IMG/VR virus record: IMGVR_UViG_3300005573_000052
Source of the DNA: a virus
Length of the DNA stretch: 64,000 nt
Strand: one strand, 5' to 3'
Made by a program: the position numbers and the translations under genes. Shown here piece by piece: positions 33,820 to 44,378 of this stretch (the first letter of the stretch is position 1; each line of letters opens with the position of its first letter). The notes beneath the pieces were generated by a model. It worked only from the letters and a program-made list of their open reading frames with translations. It had not been told where the DNA came from and ran no database searches.

Positions 33820-35061
33820 ATGTTAACTCCTCATTATCGAATCGCGCCAGTTAAACCCGAAAACTCCGAAACAGAGAAACTGATTAGGCTATACTACGTG
33901 GAACAAAAACTTGGCCTTGAGAAAGCCGCAAGCAAGATGGGCCATACGGCAGGATGGATGATTGCCAGACTGAAGGGTCTTGGAATCCCGATAAGGGGGA
34001 GACTTGAGTGTCACAAGAAATATAAGGTTAATGAAAATTATTTTGAACGGATAGACTCCCACGAAAAGGCTCTCGTTCTTGGATTTATCTACGCAGACGG
34101 CTGCGTTCATCTCATGGACGGCAAGACATTCAGAATGCAAATAGCGCTCCAACATCGGGACATCGACTACCTTGAATATATCAAAGGGTGTCTTGATTAC
34201 GAAGGTCCAGTGAGAACACACCTATTAAAAAGGAACGGAAGGTATTACTCCTATCTGAACATTGGTAGTGACAAGATGTGTCGGGACCTGATAAAGTTGG
34301 GGTGTCACGAAAGAAAATCTCTCGTATCCAAGTTCCCCACTGAGGAGCAAGTGCCCCGAGAGTTCCTGTCGTCGTTCATTTGTGGATTTTTCGACGGAGA
34401 TGGAGGATATGGTCTAAGCAAGAAACCTTACGTGGATGCACTCTCCCTCAGTTTTGCCATATCTTATGACATGGCCCTCGTCTTTCAGGATTACCTAAAA
34501 GACCAATTGAGGGTTCATGCCCATATGAGTAAAGAGCCAAGGGATGAAGGTAAGGACCCAAGGACCCACATTTGGAAACTACGCACCGGAGGAAACCCAC
34601 AGACCCTGAGACTTGCTGATTGGATGTATTCCCATGCGCCGTTTAAGATGAAACGGAAATACGACATCTACCTGAGCGTTCGTCAGCATTACGACGAAAA
34701 CCTCGTTTGGATCAAGCCTGCCCATTGGTTGCAAGAAGTAACCGAAAAAGCCAGAATCAATTCTACCGGACGGGTTTGCTCTGAAGAGACAAAACGAAGA
34801 ATGAAAGCTTCGGCTTTGAGCAACAAGAATCGAAATAAATGGCATCCTCTCTCCATCAAGTCCCCTTCTGGTCAGGTCTACCACTCCAACTGTTGCTTCA
34901 AGCTTTACAAGGAAATTTTGAAGGACTTAGGGCTGCACAACACCTACCTCTCCAAGATGGCCTCCGGCAAGATCACTTGCTACAAAGGCTACACCATAGC
35001 CACCCCCGCCGAGGTTGCCGCCGCCCGCGAAAACGGCACGTTGGTTGAGAAAATCTACTAA
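33820..35061 (+). CDS. LAGLIDADG homing endonuclease (NUMOD3-like tail)
   Basis: VLGFIYADGC; FICGFFDGDG. Confidence 0.9.
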   Translation: MLTPHYRIAPVKPENSETEKLIRLYYVEQKLGLEKAASKMGHTAGWMIARLKGLGIPIRGRLECHKKYKVNENYFERIDSHEKALVLGFIYADGCVHLMDGKTFRMQIALQHRDIDYLEYIKGCLDYEGPVRTHLLKRNGRYYSYLNIGSDKMCRDLIKLGCHERKSLVSKFPTEEQVPREFLSSFICGFFDGDGGYGLSKKPYVDALSLSFAISYDMALVFQDYLKDQLRVHAHMSKEPRDEGKDPRTHIWKLRTGGNPQTLRLADWMYSHAPFKMKRKYDIYLSVRQHYDENLVWIKPAHWLQEVTEKARINSTGRVCSEETKRRMKASALSNKNRNKWHPLSIKSPSGQVYHSNCCFKLYKEILKDLGLHNTYLSKMASGKITCYKGYTIATPAEVAAARENGTLVEKIY

Positions 35062-35193
35062 ACCTCTCCTCCCCGGGTGTATCTCCCCGTGACCCCGCCC
35101 AATGCGCCCGGTCAAGGTTTAAGGTTTCCGTTTCGTCTGTCAGGTCTCCAGTTCAGTCATCCCATTCCACCCCGGCACAAGGTTCCATTCCCC

Positions 35194-35532
35194 ATGTCTC
35201 TCCCCCCCGGCCAGTCTTCCCCGCTCTCTCTTGACCTCAATCAGTCAGTCCAATACGCGGTATCGCGCCAAGTCATCACGTTGATGAAGGAATATCTGGC
35301 TATCATGGAACAACTTGCGGAGGAGCACGATGAGGCTCTCGACAAACTCTGCGCCGCGCTGCCGCCCGAATATCACGCCTACGTCAACCTCGCCGACCAT
35401 TTCACGGAGGAAAAGGAAGGACGGATTCGCAAGGCGGTCCTTGGGCGCGGCAACGACTGCAAGCGCGCCATATTGGAGGAACTGGACAAGTATGACTTGG
35501 AGTTCCGACACGCGCGCGACGCAGGCGACTGA
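35194..35532 (+). CDS. Hypothetical protein
   Basis: Late motif at 35076; AAGGT-rich leader. Confidence 0.7.
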   Translation: MSLPPGQSSPLSLDLNQSVQYAVSRQVITLMKEYLAIMEQLAEEHDEALDKLCAALPPEYHAYVNLADHFTEEKEGRIRKAVLGRGNDCKRAILEELDKYDLEFRHARDAGD

Positions 35533-35591
35533 GCCTATTTTTACTTCACCTCATAGAATCTAACCCGGCATAAGGATACAGACACACCATC

Positions 35592-36539
35592 ATGGCTACC
35601 AAGCAACTCCACTCGTTCGTCATCACCCTCCCCAAAGAGGTCGAAGAAGTCACTGTGACCGAGGAAAACGGTCAGAAAGTCACGCGCTCCGGCAAGGTGA
35701 CAAAACAGGTGGATCACACCATCATTCTCAAGGAGCCCTCGCGCCGCGAAAAGTCCGAGCTGGGGCTGTTCCAGAACGTGACCTACAGTCGCGCCATTAC
35801 CAATGGGTTGCTGCCCAAGTTGGTCATGCAGCAGAAGATTGCCAAGGCCGACCCAACATCGTCCCTGTCAGAGGATGAGGACAAGAACCTTGATGCTGTC
35901 AATGCCCGGTTGCGCGAGATTGGGGCGGAGTATGTCCGAATCAACATTGCGGCCAAGGACGAGAAGGACGAGTCGGAGGAGACGAGGCTGCGGCGCGAAC
36001 GGCTCGCCACCGAGTATCTAGTCTTGCAGAAAAAGGCGATTGAAATCAACGCGGCTTATCAGACCGTGTTTGCGCACACCGCCGAGAACCACACTCAGTC
36101 CGAGACCCTCAAATGGCTCACACTATTCCTGACGTATGTCAAGGTCGGCGAAGAACAACGGCCCTTGTTCACGGGGGCGGATTTCGCAGCCAAGGAAAAT
36201 CACTCCATTGACATGGAAGAGGCGGGCGATCCCCTGTATACCAAGTTGCTGGAACCAGACCCCCGCACCGGACTACCCCGCTTGTCAGCCTATTGGATGC
36301 TCTACCTGTTCAACCGGGCCAGCTCGGCTGCCGATTTCGCCAAGATTGAGGAGGAGTGGACCAAGCAGCACGAGGCTGAACGCAAAATGAGGGAGGAAGC
36401 TGAGAAGGCGGCTTTGGAGGATAAGGCGGAAGGTAAACCCGCAGAACCCTCTATCGAGGCTGTGGCTACCCCCCAAAACGCCCCTAGCGCGCCCGCTGCG
36501 GTAGTAGACCCGGCCCCCGAGCCCTCAGCGACGGTCTAA
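35592..36539 (+). CDS. Tail assembly chaperone-like protein
   Basis: Helical/acidic; lies between tube and tape measure genes. Confidence 0.5.
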   Translation: MATKQLHSFVITLPKEVEEVTVTEENGQKVTRSGKVTKQVDHTIILKEPSRREKSELGLFQNVTYSRAITNGLLPKLVMQQKIAKADPTSSLSEDEDKNLDAVNARLREIGAEYVRINIAAKDEKDESEETRLRRERLATEYLVLQKKAIEINAAYQTVFAHTAENHTQSETLKWLTLFLTYVKVGEEQRPLFTGADFAAKENHSIDMEEAGDPLYTKLLEPDPRTGLPRLSAYWMLYLFNRASSAADFAKIEEEWTKQHEAERKMREEAEKAALEDKAEGKPAEPSIEAVATPQNAPSAPAAVVDPAPEPSATV

Positions 36540-36561
36540 GGGAGGGGTTTAGACCCTTCCT

Positions 36562-37554
36562 ATGCCCGCTCAACCCGCCCTTCCAGCCGCGCCCGTGGGG
36601 TTATCCACCCTGCGTCGCGCCTTCGTAGACATCTGCCGGGGTTATTCGGTCGGGTCTTACCGGGGGACACCAATCTACATCAAGCACCTAAACCACGTCA
36701 GTCATCTTGGGTTGGACGAGATACAGGACAGATTTGAGCGCGAGGCCATAGCCAAGGGGGCAAAAACCGAGGCTCAGAGGCTAGAGGAGCTGAGGGCAGA
36801 AGGCAAATGGTCAGATGCCAAGGACCTAGACATAGAACGCCAGCGTGACGCCGTTTGGCGATTTGAGGAGGGCCGGAAGAGCATTGTCGCACCGCCTAGT
36901 GTTCTACGTTCGCATGACACCCAGATTGAGGGTGAGAAGAAGAAGCTGCTGGCGATGATGAACGAGAAGGCACAGTTGATAGGGTTGACAGCGGAGAACT
37001 ACGCCCAGCGGCTGGTCAGCGACCATTACATCATCGTCAACCTGTTCGCGGACAAGGAGTTAGCCAGCCCCATGTTTCGCGCCGAGGACTACGACGAGTT
37101 CCCCGATTCGGACGTAGAGGAAATCATGGAGGCTTACGCGGCGGCGGTGGAACCGTGTGCCGAGGCTAACATCCGCAGATTGGCGGTGGCCGACTTCTTC
37201 ACCTCCTACTACCACCTGTGTAATGACGACCTGTCGTCCTTTTTTGGCAAGCCCGTCTGCGAACTGACCTACCACCAAGTGCGGCTTGGCAACGTAGCGC
37301 GGTATTTCAAGTCGTTGATGGAGAATGTAGATACGACAACGCTAGACCCCAAGACACGCAACGACCCAGATGCGCTTGAGCGGGCGTTCAGTGCTAGCAA
37401 GGCCAAGAGCAAGATGGAGGAGAGCGGGCAGGTTCCAGTCGGTATGAGTGCGAGCGATATCAAGGAAATGGGATTGGAAAACCGGTTGTCACAGGTCCGG
37501 GGAGAAGAGTCCGGGTTAGACATCATCAAGCGACTGCGCGGACAGGCGCGTTAG
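36562..37554 (+). CDS. Tail assembly chaperone-like protein 2
   Basis: Immediately precedes the tape measure gene. Confidence 0.5.
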   Translation: MPAQPALPAAPVGLSTLRRAFVDICRGYSVGSYRGTPIYIKHLNHVSHLGLDEIQDRFEREAIAKGAKTEAQRLEELRAEGKWSDAKDLDIERQRDAVWRFEEGRKSIVAPPSVLRSHDTQIEGEKKKLLAMMNEKAQLIGLTAENYAQRLVSDHYIIVNLFADKELASPMFRAEDYDEFPDSDVEEIMEAYAAAVEPCAEANIRRLAVADFFTSYYHLCNDDLSSFFGKPVCELTYHQVRLGNVARYFKSLMENVDTTTLDPKTRNDPDALERAFSASKAKSKMEESGQVPVGMSASDIKEMGLENRLSQVRGEESGLDIIKRLRGQAR

Positions 37555-37666
37555 CCTCGTCAATCCCCCCATCAGCACAGGTGTATAGGGATGCGCAAGC
37601 GATGTCCGCCCGGACGCGCGCGGCACAAGGTCAGGTTCTCTTCTAGTTTCTCTCCCCCAAGGTCAC

Positions 37667-40600
37667 ATGGCCATACCTCCAGTCCAACTCCCCGTTGATG
37701 TCTATCTCACCGATAAGAGCCTCAACAACCTGCGCCGGTCGCTCAGCAACGTGCGCGGATTGGACGTGTTTGCGCAGGCCTCTCAGGGTGTCCGACAGTT
37801 CGAGGGGGCACTAGACCGCGCTAATCAGCGCGTAGTGCTGTTCGGTGCGTCCACCGCCATCCTGTATTCCGCCCTGCGCGGGTTTCAGGAACTGGGTCGC
37901 GCGACCCTGACGGTCGAGAAGAACCTCATCGCCATCAACAGCATCTTCAAGCTGACTAATACCCAGTTGAGTCAGTTCTCCAAGGACCTGTTTAACGTGG
38001 CGGTCGGCACCAGTCAAGCGTTTGAGAAGGTCGCGGACGCGGCACAGGAATTCGCGCGTCAAGGCCTAAGCGTGACCGAAACCACCAAGCGGACCAAAGA
38101 CGCCATGATTTTGACCCGGTTGGCAGCGGTGGATACAGCCACGGCAGTCAATACCCTGACCGCGTCGATCAACGGGTTCCAGCGCGAAGCCTTGGACTCC
38201 ACCACCATTGTCAACAAGCTGGCCAACGCCGACGCCGCATTCGCCGTGTCGGCCAAGGACCTGTCGGATTCGTTGGTGCGTGTGGGTTCCGCCGCTTCAG
38301 ACGTAGGTGTCAGTTTTGACCAACTCATCTCGCTCGTCACTGCCACGAAGCAGATAACTGGGCGCGACGGCGCGGTTATCGCCCAAGCCCTTAACACCAT
38401 TTTCACCCGTGTTGGGCGCAAGGACACGCAGGAGGCACTGGAGGGACTTGGCGTCCAGATGCGCGACTTGGCGACCAACAAGGCTTTGCCAACCATTCAG
38501 GTTTTGGCTAACTTCGCTCGCGTCTACGACAGCCTGACCGGCTCAACGCGCACTTGGGCGGCAGAACTGGTGGGTGGCGTGCGAAACCTCAATACCCTCA
38601 AGGCTGTGCTGGCGGATTTGAGCAAGGAGAACAGCGTCTATGGGCAGGTTATGGGTGTGCTGGGCGACAAGACCAACGCCGCCTACATCCGCAATGAGGA
38701 GTTGAACAAGTCACTCGAAGCTACCATCGAGCGGATGAGTGTTGTCACCAAGCAAATCTACTCCAATATCGGCAATGTTGGGTTCAGTGGGCCGGTCAAG
38801 AGTCTGCTAAACGGTTTGACCAACAACGTTGTCACCGACGCCTTGCGCGATGCAGATGGCACCGCCGAGACGATGGGTGGGCAAATTGCTCAGGGGTTTA
38901 TCAAGGGATTTGGTAATGCGGTCGTGTTCGGGCTTGGCCCCGTGCTTCTCAAGGCCCTGCTGTCCATCTCGACACGCACCTTCCGAAACCTGATTGATGA
39001 CGTTAAGCTGGCCAGCGGTCTGACCAAACAACAACAGATTCAGGCTGAGACCCAAGCTCAGATTGTGGGCCTGTATAACAGCGGCAATCAGGCTTTGATG
39101 CAGCAGTTGGCTAATGCTACGTCGCTGACCGAGCGATATCTGATATTGGAGCGAACCCTCCAGTCTATCCGGGCGTCCAACGCGGCCTTTGCATCTGAAG
39201 TAGCAGGGGCGACCTCCTTCTTGATTGGGCGCGGTTACAACCCCAAAGTTCCTCGACGCGCGGCAGGCGGATATCTACCCAGTGCCATTTCAGCGGAAAG
39301 TGCAGCGATTAGCATGGGTATTGGCGGGGCTCCAGCGGGGGCACGACCGGTTACCGTGCCAAATTTCAAGTTTGGGGGCGGGGTAATCGGACCTCTGGTG
39401 GCGAACACCAGCGAGTTCATCGTGCCAAATATGGCGGGCGGAGGCTCGGCGGTTTACAACCGCGAGATGATTCAGAAATTCGGTTTGCCACCCGGAGCCA
39501 CCCCAGTTGCGGCAGGAGGGTATGTGCCGAATGCGGCGGGAGGAATGGATAGTTACGATTACTCATCTGAGATAGCGGCATTTGAGGCGCAGCAAAACCG
39601 TTCCCGTTACAATCCAAGACAGTATTCATCTCCTGCTGGTCCGCCTTTTCCCACTTCGGCTCAATGGAAAAAATTGGACCCCGTTGGATATCAGCGGTCT
39701 GCGGATTTTGAGCGAGCGCAAAAGGAACTTGAAAAGGTGGCGAAAGAAGAAGCTCGTCTCGCCAAGATGAAATTGGCCCAAATGGAAGCTGACTGGCAGC
39801 AAGAAGAAAGCTCCAGAGCTGTTAAGCGGGGTTTGACAAAAACCGAGATAGCTTTGTCCGAAAAACAACTCAGAAGTCATCGTGAAGAGGTGGCCCTTCG
39901 TCAGGAAGAACTCAGAGCGGCATTTCTGAAAAGAAAGAGTGTGAAAGAGGCTCCTTACGTGACTGCCCCGCCCTCGGGCAATTGGGAGGCTTATATCGCC
40001 TCTCTTCGGGCGAGACAGGTAGGTGGATCGTTTTTGGCCGGAGACATCCAAAGGATGATGGAGATAGAGGGGGTAATTCCTGCCAACGAAGCTCTCATGG
40101 GTTTGGGGAAAATTCAGATTCCTCTTCGTCCTCCGGGAGGAGGGACCGGAATTATTGGGGCACCGTCTGCCCCTTCATGGATTTCTCGTGCCCGAGCACA
40201 ACTAACTTCTCCCATCGGCAGAGTGGGGCTAGGTATTGGTGCTTCGTTTCTTGGTGGAACCGTTCCCGAGGGAAAAGGCGGCACAGCAAGTGGTATCGCC
40301 GGGGGAGCCTTATCCAATGCTTTGACCTATGGGGGGGCGGCATTATCTTTCACTGGTAATCCCTATATTGGACTTGGAGCTGCCATAATAGGCGGAGCTG
40401 TTGGAGCAATATCAAAGTTCAATAAATCATTGGACGAGTTAGCGGAAGAAGTGGATCAGTTTAAGAAAAAACTCGCACAGGGAACTGAAGCGGGGGTTAA
40501 CGTCCTGCGTTTACAGGAGGAAAAATTGGAGGCTTTGCGTCAAGGCAACACAGCTCGGGTTCAAGAAATTATCCGTCAAGTTGCAGTTGAAATGCGACAG

Positions 40601-43531
40601 GTGCGGCCAGAATATCTTGGATTGGTCAAAGAAAATCTGAATAATCCCAACGGGATTCAGAACTACATTCAGGCTACCTCTCCTGTCAACCGTCGTCTAA
40701 TTGGGGGGCAGAACTTAATTCAGGAACTGGGTGCGAACAGGTCGTCACTGATTAGTGAAACCCTTGCGATATTTGGCAACGGAGTCAGTAATAAAAACAT
40801 CGCAGCAGGAACGGAGGCATTCGCCTCTGCTCTTGAACAAGTTCCCACTGAAAAACTTAATGCTCTGAGTCGGCTGCTAACTCAAAACCCCCAAGCGGCA
40901 CTAAAAGAAGTGGGAAATATCGTTGGAGCAGCAAGTAACCCTGATTTCCAGAAATCGCTGGCGAGAGTATCTTCTCGACCGTATTCGGGAGATTTTGGCG
41001 ACAACAGCGAAACTCAACTGGTTCGATTCGCCTTGCGTCAGGCACTGTTCGATTTGACCCGGGGGCGTGCTCAAGGGGCCAGCCAATCGACCCAAGATCG
41101 CAATTTCGTGGCACGAGAACTGGAACTCCGCGACTTGGCCTTTGATTATGATCGGGGGGCTCGGTATACTCAACTTTCCGGGGCAGCACAACAGCGGCTA
41201 AATCAGAACAGACAAAGGCTGCTTCTCACCACGGGAGGAGCTGGAGAACTGGGATCGTTGATTCAACAGGGCGGCTTCGACATTGAAAATATACGAAGCC
41301 AGTCTTCTGTCGAGAAAAGCGTGCTGTTGCAAACCGGACAGAGGGACTTGGTCCGGCTGTTGAAGGCCTCGGGAGCCGATTCGCCAGAATATCGCAAACG
41401 AATCGCCGAATTAACCAGCCTTGGTTCAGTCCAGTCCCTGAAGGGGTTTTTGGACACCCCAGAAGGAAAGCGAGCCGCGCCGAACGCAAACATGTCCCAA
41501 TTTCTGGACGCCTTGGGGCAACTCGCTGACCAGCTTGGAGCCTTGGACGAGACAGAAAGACAGAACATCCGGGTGACAGAAGACGCCACTCAGACCAACA
41601 TCCGGCTTTATCAGTTCTCCCGTTCGCGAGGAGGGGCACTGGCAGAATCCCGCACCGGGTTAAACGCCGCCTTGGAGGAAGAAAGTGCCGCACGTCGTCG
41701 AGGCGAAGTCCCCAGTATCCTTAATGAACGTCGATTGGCAAGAGAAGAAGCTCAAGATTTGCTTTATACTCGTTGGAATCCGAATACTGCTGCCGAAAGT
41801 GGATTCAATGCGCGCCAATATATTAGAAATTTGGAAAGGAGTGTCAATTCCTCGGCCGCCATGGATCAAGCCTATGTTCAGTCTGATCGTGGGCAACGGC
41901 TTAGCCTACTTATGACTCAGGCTCGGGCCTCAGGGCGACGTGGTCAACAACAACGTTTGGATGAGTTGGAGATAACTCGCGCAAATCCTTATGCCACGGG
42001 TTCGGATTTGTCCGGGGCTGCATTCAGCGTGGCGCGTGATAAGGGCACAAACGGCGAGTTTTTCGGGTCTCTCAAAACAGGTTTTGGTTCCGTTTTCGCT
42101 GGACTTAAGGCTGACATCAAAGACCTTTCCCAACTCGGCGCTCAGCTCGGCCAGTCTCTCGAACAGAACCTCGGCAATGCGTTCGGCAATTTTGTCACTG
42201 GCACTCAAACTGCCTCACAAGCCTTCCGTTCGTTCACTATTAGCGTGCTTAATGATGCTGCCCGGGCGTTTGCCTCCAAAGCTGTGCAGGGATTGTTGGG
42301 GATGCTGTTGGGGAACATTGGATTTGGGGGGTTGCTGGGTGGAACAGGGGCAACTGCTGGATCGGGAGGACTATCTTCCGATATCATTGCCGAGGCATCA
42401 ACCCGGGGCAAAGCCAATGGCGGTTTCGTGTTCGCCAACGGTGGCTCTGTTCCAGCCCTGCTCACTGGCGGCGAATATGTGTTTACGCCCCAGCAAGTGA
42501 AACGCCTTGGTCCACAGGCTATGCAGGCCTTGAATACCGGCGCGACCCATGCGGGCGGCGGGATGGTTAACGGAGGCTCTGGCATCCGGGACGACGTGGC
42601 TGCACGACTCCAGCCCGGCTCCTACGTCATCAAGAAGAGCATGGTGCAGAAATATGGAGCCGACTATCTGGACCACTTGGCCAGTGGGGGAGCGGTGCAG
42701 CGGCGCTTTTGGGGCGGCTTCATCCTTCCGGGCGCGCTTCTGGGTGGTATCATCGGCGGGATTTCGGGAGGTAAGAAGGGCGCGCTGATGGGTCTCGTTG
42801 CGGGCGCAGCCTTGGGCGGACTTGGCAATGTGGCTGGGGGCGGTTCCTTCTTTGGGGGCACGGCTGCTACACAGGCCGCAACAGGGATTGGGGCATTGAG
42901 CAAGGTCCCACTTACCATGGCTCAAAAGCTTATCTTTATGGGCGGCGGGGCAGCTATTCTTGGTGTAGCGGCGGGCATGGCTGCTCCCCGTAATAACCGC
43001 CTGATGTCGCAAGCCCAAATTATCGGCTATCAGGGCGAATTGGAGCGCAATCAGCAGGCCGAGATTGACGCCATGCGCGCAAACGGGGGGTTACCCTATG
43101 TCCGCGACGGCGTGCTTATGGGCAGTATTGGGGGGTCCAACGCGGGCAACTATGCTCCGGGCATCAGCCGAGTCTATACCGCCTCAACCCGTCAGTTTTT
43201 CGGCAATGGCAGCACTCGGTTTGCCGATGGTGGGGCCAGCGGGTCCATGACCGCGTCGTCCGGTATGGCCTCCGTCATCAACACTCCTACTCCTGTGTTC
43301 ACGGCAGGAAATCCGCGCGGTGGCGGTTCCAACGTCGGTATCAATGTCACCATCAACGACAACGGTAGTTCAACGTCTTCAACCAAGAGTAGCGGGGGAG
43401 GCATGGACCAGCAGTTTGGCGAGGTGCTTGGTCGCCGCATCAAGGAAGTCACCATGCAGACCATTCAAGAACAACAGCGTGTTGGCGGTATTCTGCGCCC
43501 GCAGAGCCAGATGCGCCCGGCTTACTCCTAA
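37667..43531 (+). CDS. Tail tape measure protein
   Basis: 1954 aa; TP901-type core (AAQEFARQG...DAMILTRLA), helical, Gly-rich ANGG/AAGG repeats. Confidence 0.93.
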   Translation: MAIPPVQLPVDVYLTDKSLNNLRRSLSNVRGLDVFAQASQGVRQFEGALDRANQRVVLFGASTAILYSALRGFQELGRATLTVEKNLIAINSIFKLTNTQLSQFSKDLFNVAVGTSQAFEKVADAAQEFARQGLSVTETTKRTKDAMILTRLAAVDTATAVNTLTASINGFQREALDSTTIVNKLANADAAFAVSAKDLSDSLVRVGSAASDVGVSFDQLISLVTATKQITGRDGAVIAQALNTIFTRVGRKDTQEALEGLGVQMRDLATNKALPTIQVLANFARVYDSLTGSTRTWAAELVGGVRNLNTLKAVLADLSKENSVYGQVMGVLGDKTNAAYIRNEELNKSLEATIERMSVVTKQIYSNIGNVGFSGPVKSLLNGLTNNVVTDALRDADGTAETMGGQIAQGFIKGFGNAVVFGLGPVLLKALLSISTRTFRNLIDDVKLASGLTKQQQIQAETQAQIVGLYNSGNQALMQQLANATSLTERYLILERTLQSIRASNAAFASEVAGATSFLIGRGYNPKVPRRAAGGYLPSAISAESAAISMGIGGAPAGARPVTVPNFKFGGGVIGPLVANTSEFIVPNMAGGGSAVYNREMIQKFGLPPGATPVAAGGYVPNAAGGMDSYDYSSEIAAFEAQQNRSRYNPRQYSSPAGPPFPTSAQWKKLDPVGYQRSADFERAQKELEKVAKEEARLAKMKLAQMEADWQQEESSRAVKRGLTKTEIALSEKQLRSHREEVALRQEELRAAFLKRKSVKEAPYVTAPPSGNWEAYIASLRARQVGGSFLAGDIQRMMEIEGVIPANEALMGLGKIQIPLRPPGGGTGIIGAPSAPSWISRARAQLTSPIGRVGLGIGASFLGGTVPEGKGGTASGIAGGALSNALTYGGAALSFTGNPYIGLGAAIIGGAVGAISKFNKSLDELAEEVDQFKKKLAQGTEAGVNVLRLQEEKLEALRQGNTARVQEIIRQVAVEMRQVRPEYLGLVKENLNNPNGIQNYIQATSPVNRRLIGGQNLIQELGANRSSLISETLAIFGNGVSNKNIAAGTEAFASALEQVPTEKLNALSRLLTQNPQAALKEVGNIVGAASNPDFQKSLARVSSRPYSGDFGDNSETQLVRFALRQALFDLTRGRAQGASQSTQDRNFVARELELRDLAFDYDRGARYTQLSGAAQQRLNQNRQRLLLTTGGAGELGSLIQQGGFDIENIRSQSSVEKSVLLQTGQRDLVRLLKASGADSPEYRKRIAELTSLGSVQSLKGFLDTPEGKRAAPNANMSQFLDALGQLADQLGALDETERQNIRVTEDATQTNIRLYQFSRSRGGALAESRTGLNAALEEESAARRRGEVPSILNERRLAREEAQDLLYTRWNPNTAAESGFNARQYIRNLERSVNSSAAMDQAYVQSDRGQRLSLLMTQARASGRRGQQQRLDELEITRANPYATGSDLSGAAFSVARDKGTNGEFFGSLKTGFGSVFAGLKADIKDLSQLGAQLGQSLEQNLGNAFGNFVTGTQTASQAFRSFTISVLNDAARAFASKAVQGLLGMLLGNIGFGGLLGGTGATAGSGGLSSDIIAEASTRGKANGGFVFANGGSVPALLTGGEYVFTPQQVKRLGPQAMQALNTGATHAGGGMVNGGSGIRDDVAARLQPGSYVIKKSMVQKYGADYLDHLASGGAVQRRFWGGFILPGALLGGIIGGISGGKKGALMGLVAGAALGGLGNVAGGGSFFGGTAATQAATGIGALSKVPLTMAQKLIFMGGGAAILGVAAGMAAPRNNRLMSQAQIIGYQGELERNQQAEIDAMRANGGLPYVRDGVLMGSIGGSNAGNYAPGISRVYTASTRQFFGNGSTRFADGGASGSMTASSGMASVINTPTPVFTAGNPRGGGSNVGINVTINDNGSSTSSTKSSGGGMDQQFGEVLGRRIKEVTMQTIQEQQRVGGILRPQSQMRPAYS

Positions 43532-43543
43532 ACCCATCTTCTC

Positions 43544-44299
43544 ATGCCCGCAGTCACGAACTACTCTTTTCAGACATGGTCCGCCTCCCGGTCCTACCAG
43601 AAATGGGATGTAGTTTATGGGGCCAGCGCGACCGATACCCGCTACTTCTACGCCACGGTGGACAACAGCGCCGAAAATCCCACGGGCCGATTCTGGTATA
43701 ACCCGGCTTCGTTTTCGCGCCAAGACAACGTCACGAGGATGACGTTCACGCAAACGGGGACCCGATTCTTCCAGCCCGGAAGCATTGTGGTGATTTCCGG
43801 GGTAACGGCAGACACCACGGTGCAGTATACGGGGACGGTGCTCGCGGCGGGCAGTGGTTATGTGGACTACTTGAACCCCGGATATAATACGTCAAGCAAC
43901 CTGTTCGCGGGGGGTGTCATGGCCCCGATTCATCCGTATTGGACCACCGGATTCTACTGGTTGCCGAGCTGGCAAACCACGGTAGACCTGTCCCAAAACG
44001 TGGTCAAGACACAGCTTGGCGAGGGCTACAGCCAACAGTTCAACCCGGTCATCAATGCCAACATGTTGGCGTGGAACATGGTGTTTGCCGAGCGCACGGA
44101 CAAGGAAACCACGGCTCTGCTTAACTTCGTGGAGAACTACGGCGGTGCGACGCCGTTCAAGGTAGGATTTCCCGTGGGCAAGCTCTATCCCCTGAAACCG
44201 GCGGTCCAGTATATCACCATTGGTCAACCGAAGCACGAGATGACCTCGTATGGACTGAACAACGTGACCCTGCAAATAGCCCAGAATTTCAACGTGTAG
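43544..44299 (+). CDS. Minor tail protein, lambda gpM-like C-terminus
   Basis: TQLGEGYSQ...WNMVFAERT...FVENYGGATPF. Confidence 0.75.
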   Translation: MPAVTNYSFQTWSASRSYQKWDVVYGASATDTRYFYATVDNSAENPTGRFWYNPASFSRQDNVTRMTFTQTGTRFFQPGSIVVISGVTADTTVQYTGTVLAAGSGYVDYLNPGYNTSSNLFAGGVMAPIHPYWTTGFYWLPSWQTTVDLSQNVVKTQLGEGYSQQFNPVINANMLAWNMVFAERTDKETTALLNFVENYGGATPFKVGFPVGKLYPLKPAVQYITIGQPKHEMTSYGLNNVTLQIAQNFNV

Positions 44300-44378
44300 C
44301 GGGCTGGCGCAGGTGTATAGGATAGTGCTAGGTAAAGGTTAGGTCAAGTCAACGGAACAAGGTAAACACACATAAGTC

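Noticed and set aside
36440-36565. Lambda G/GT-style programmed frameshift in the tail chaperones
   Set aside because: The CCCAAAA run is not in the X XXY YYZ frame, and the second ORF has its own ATG.
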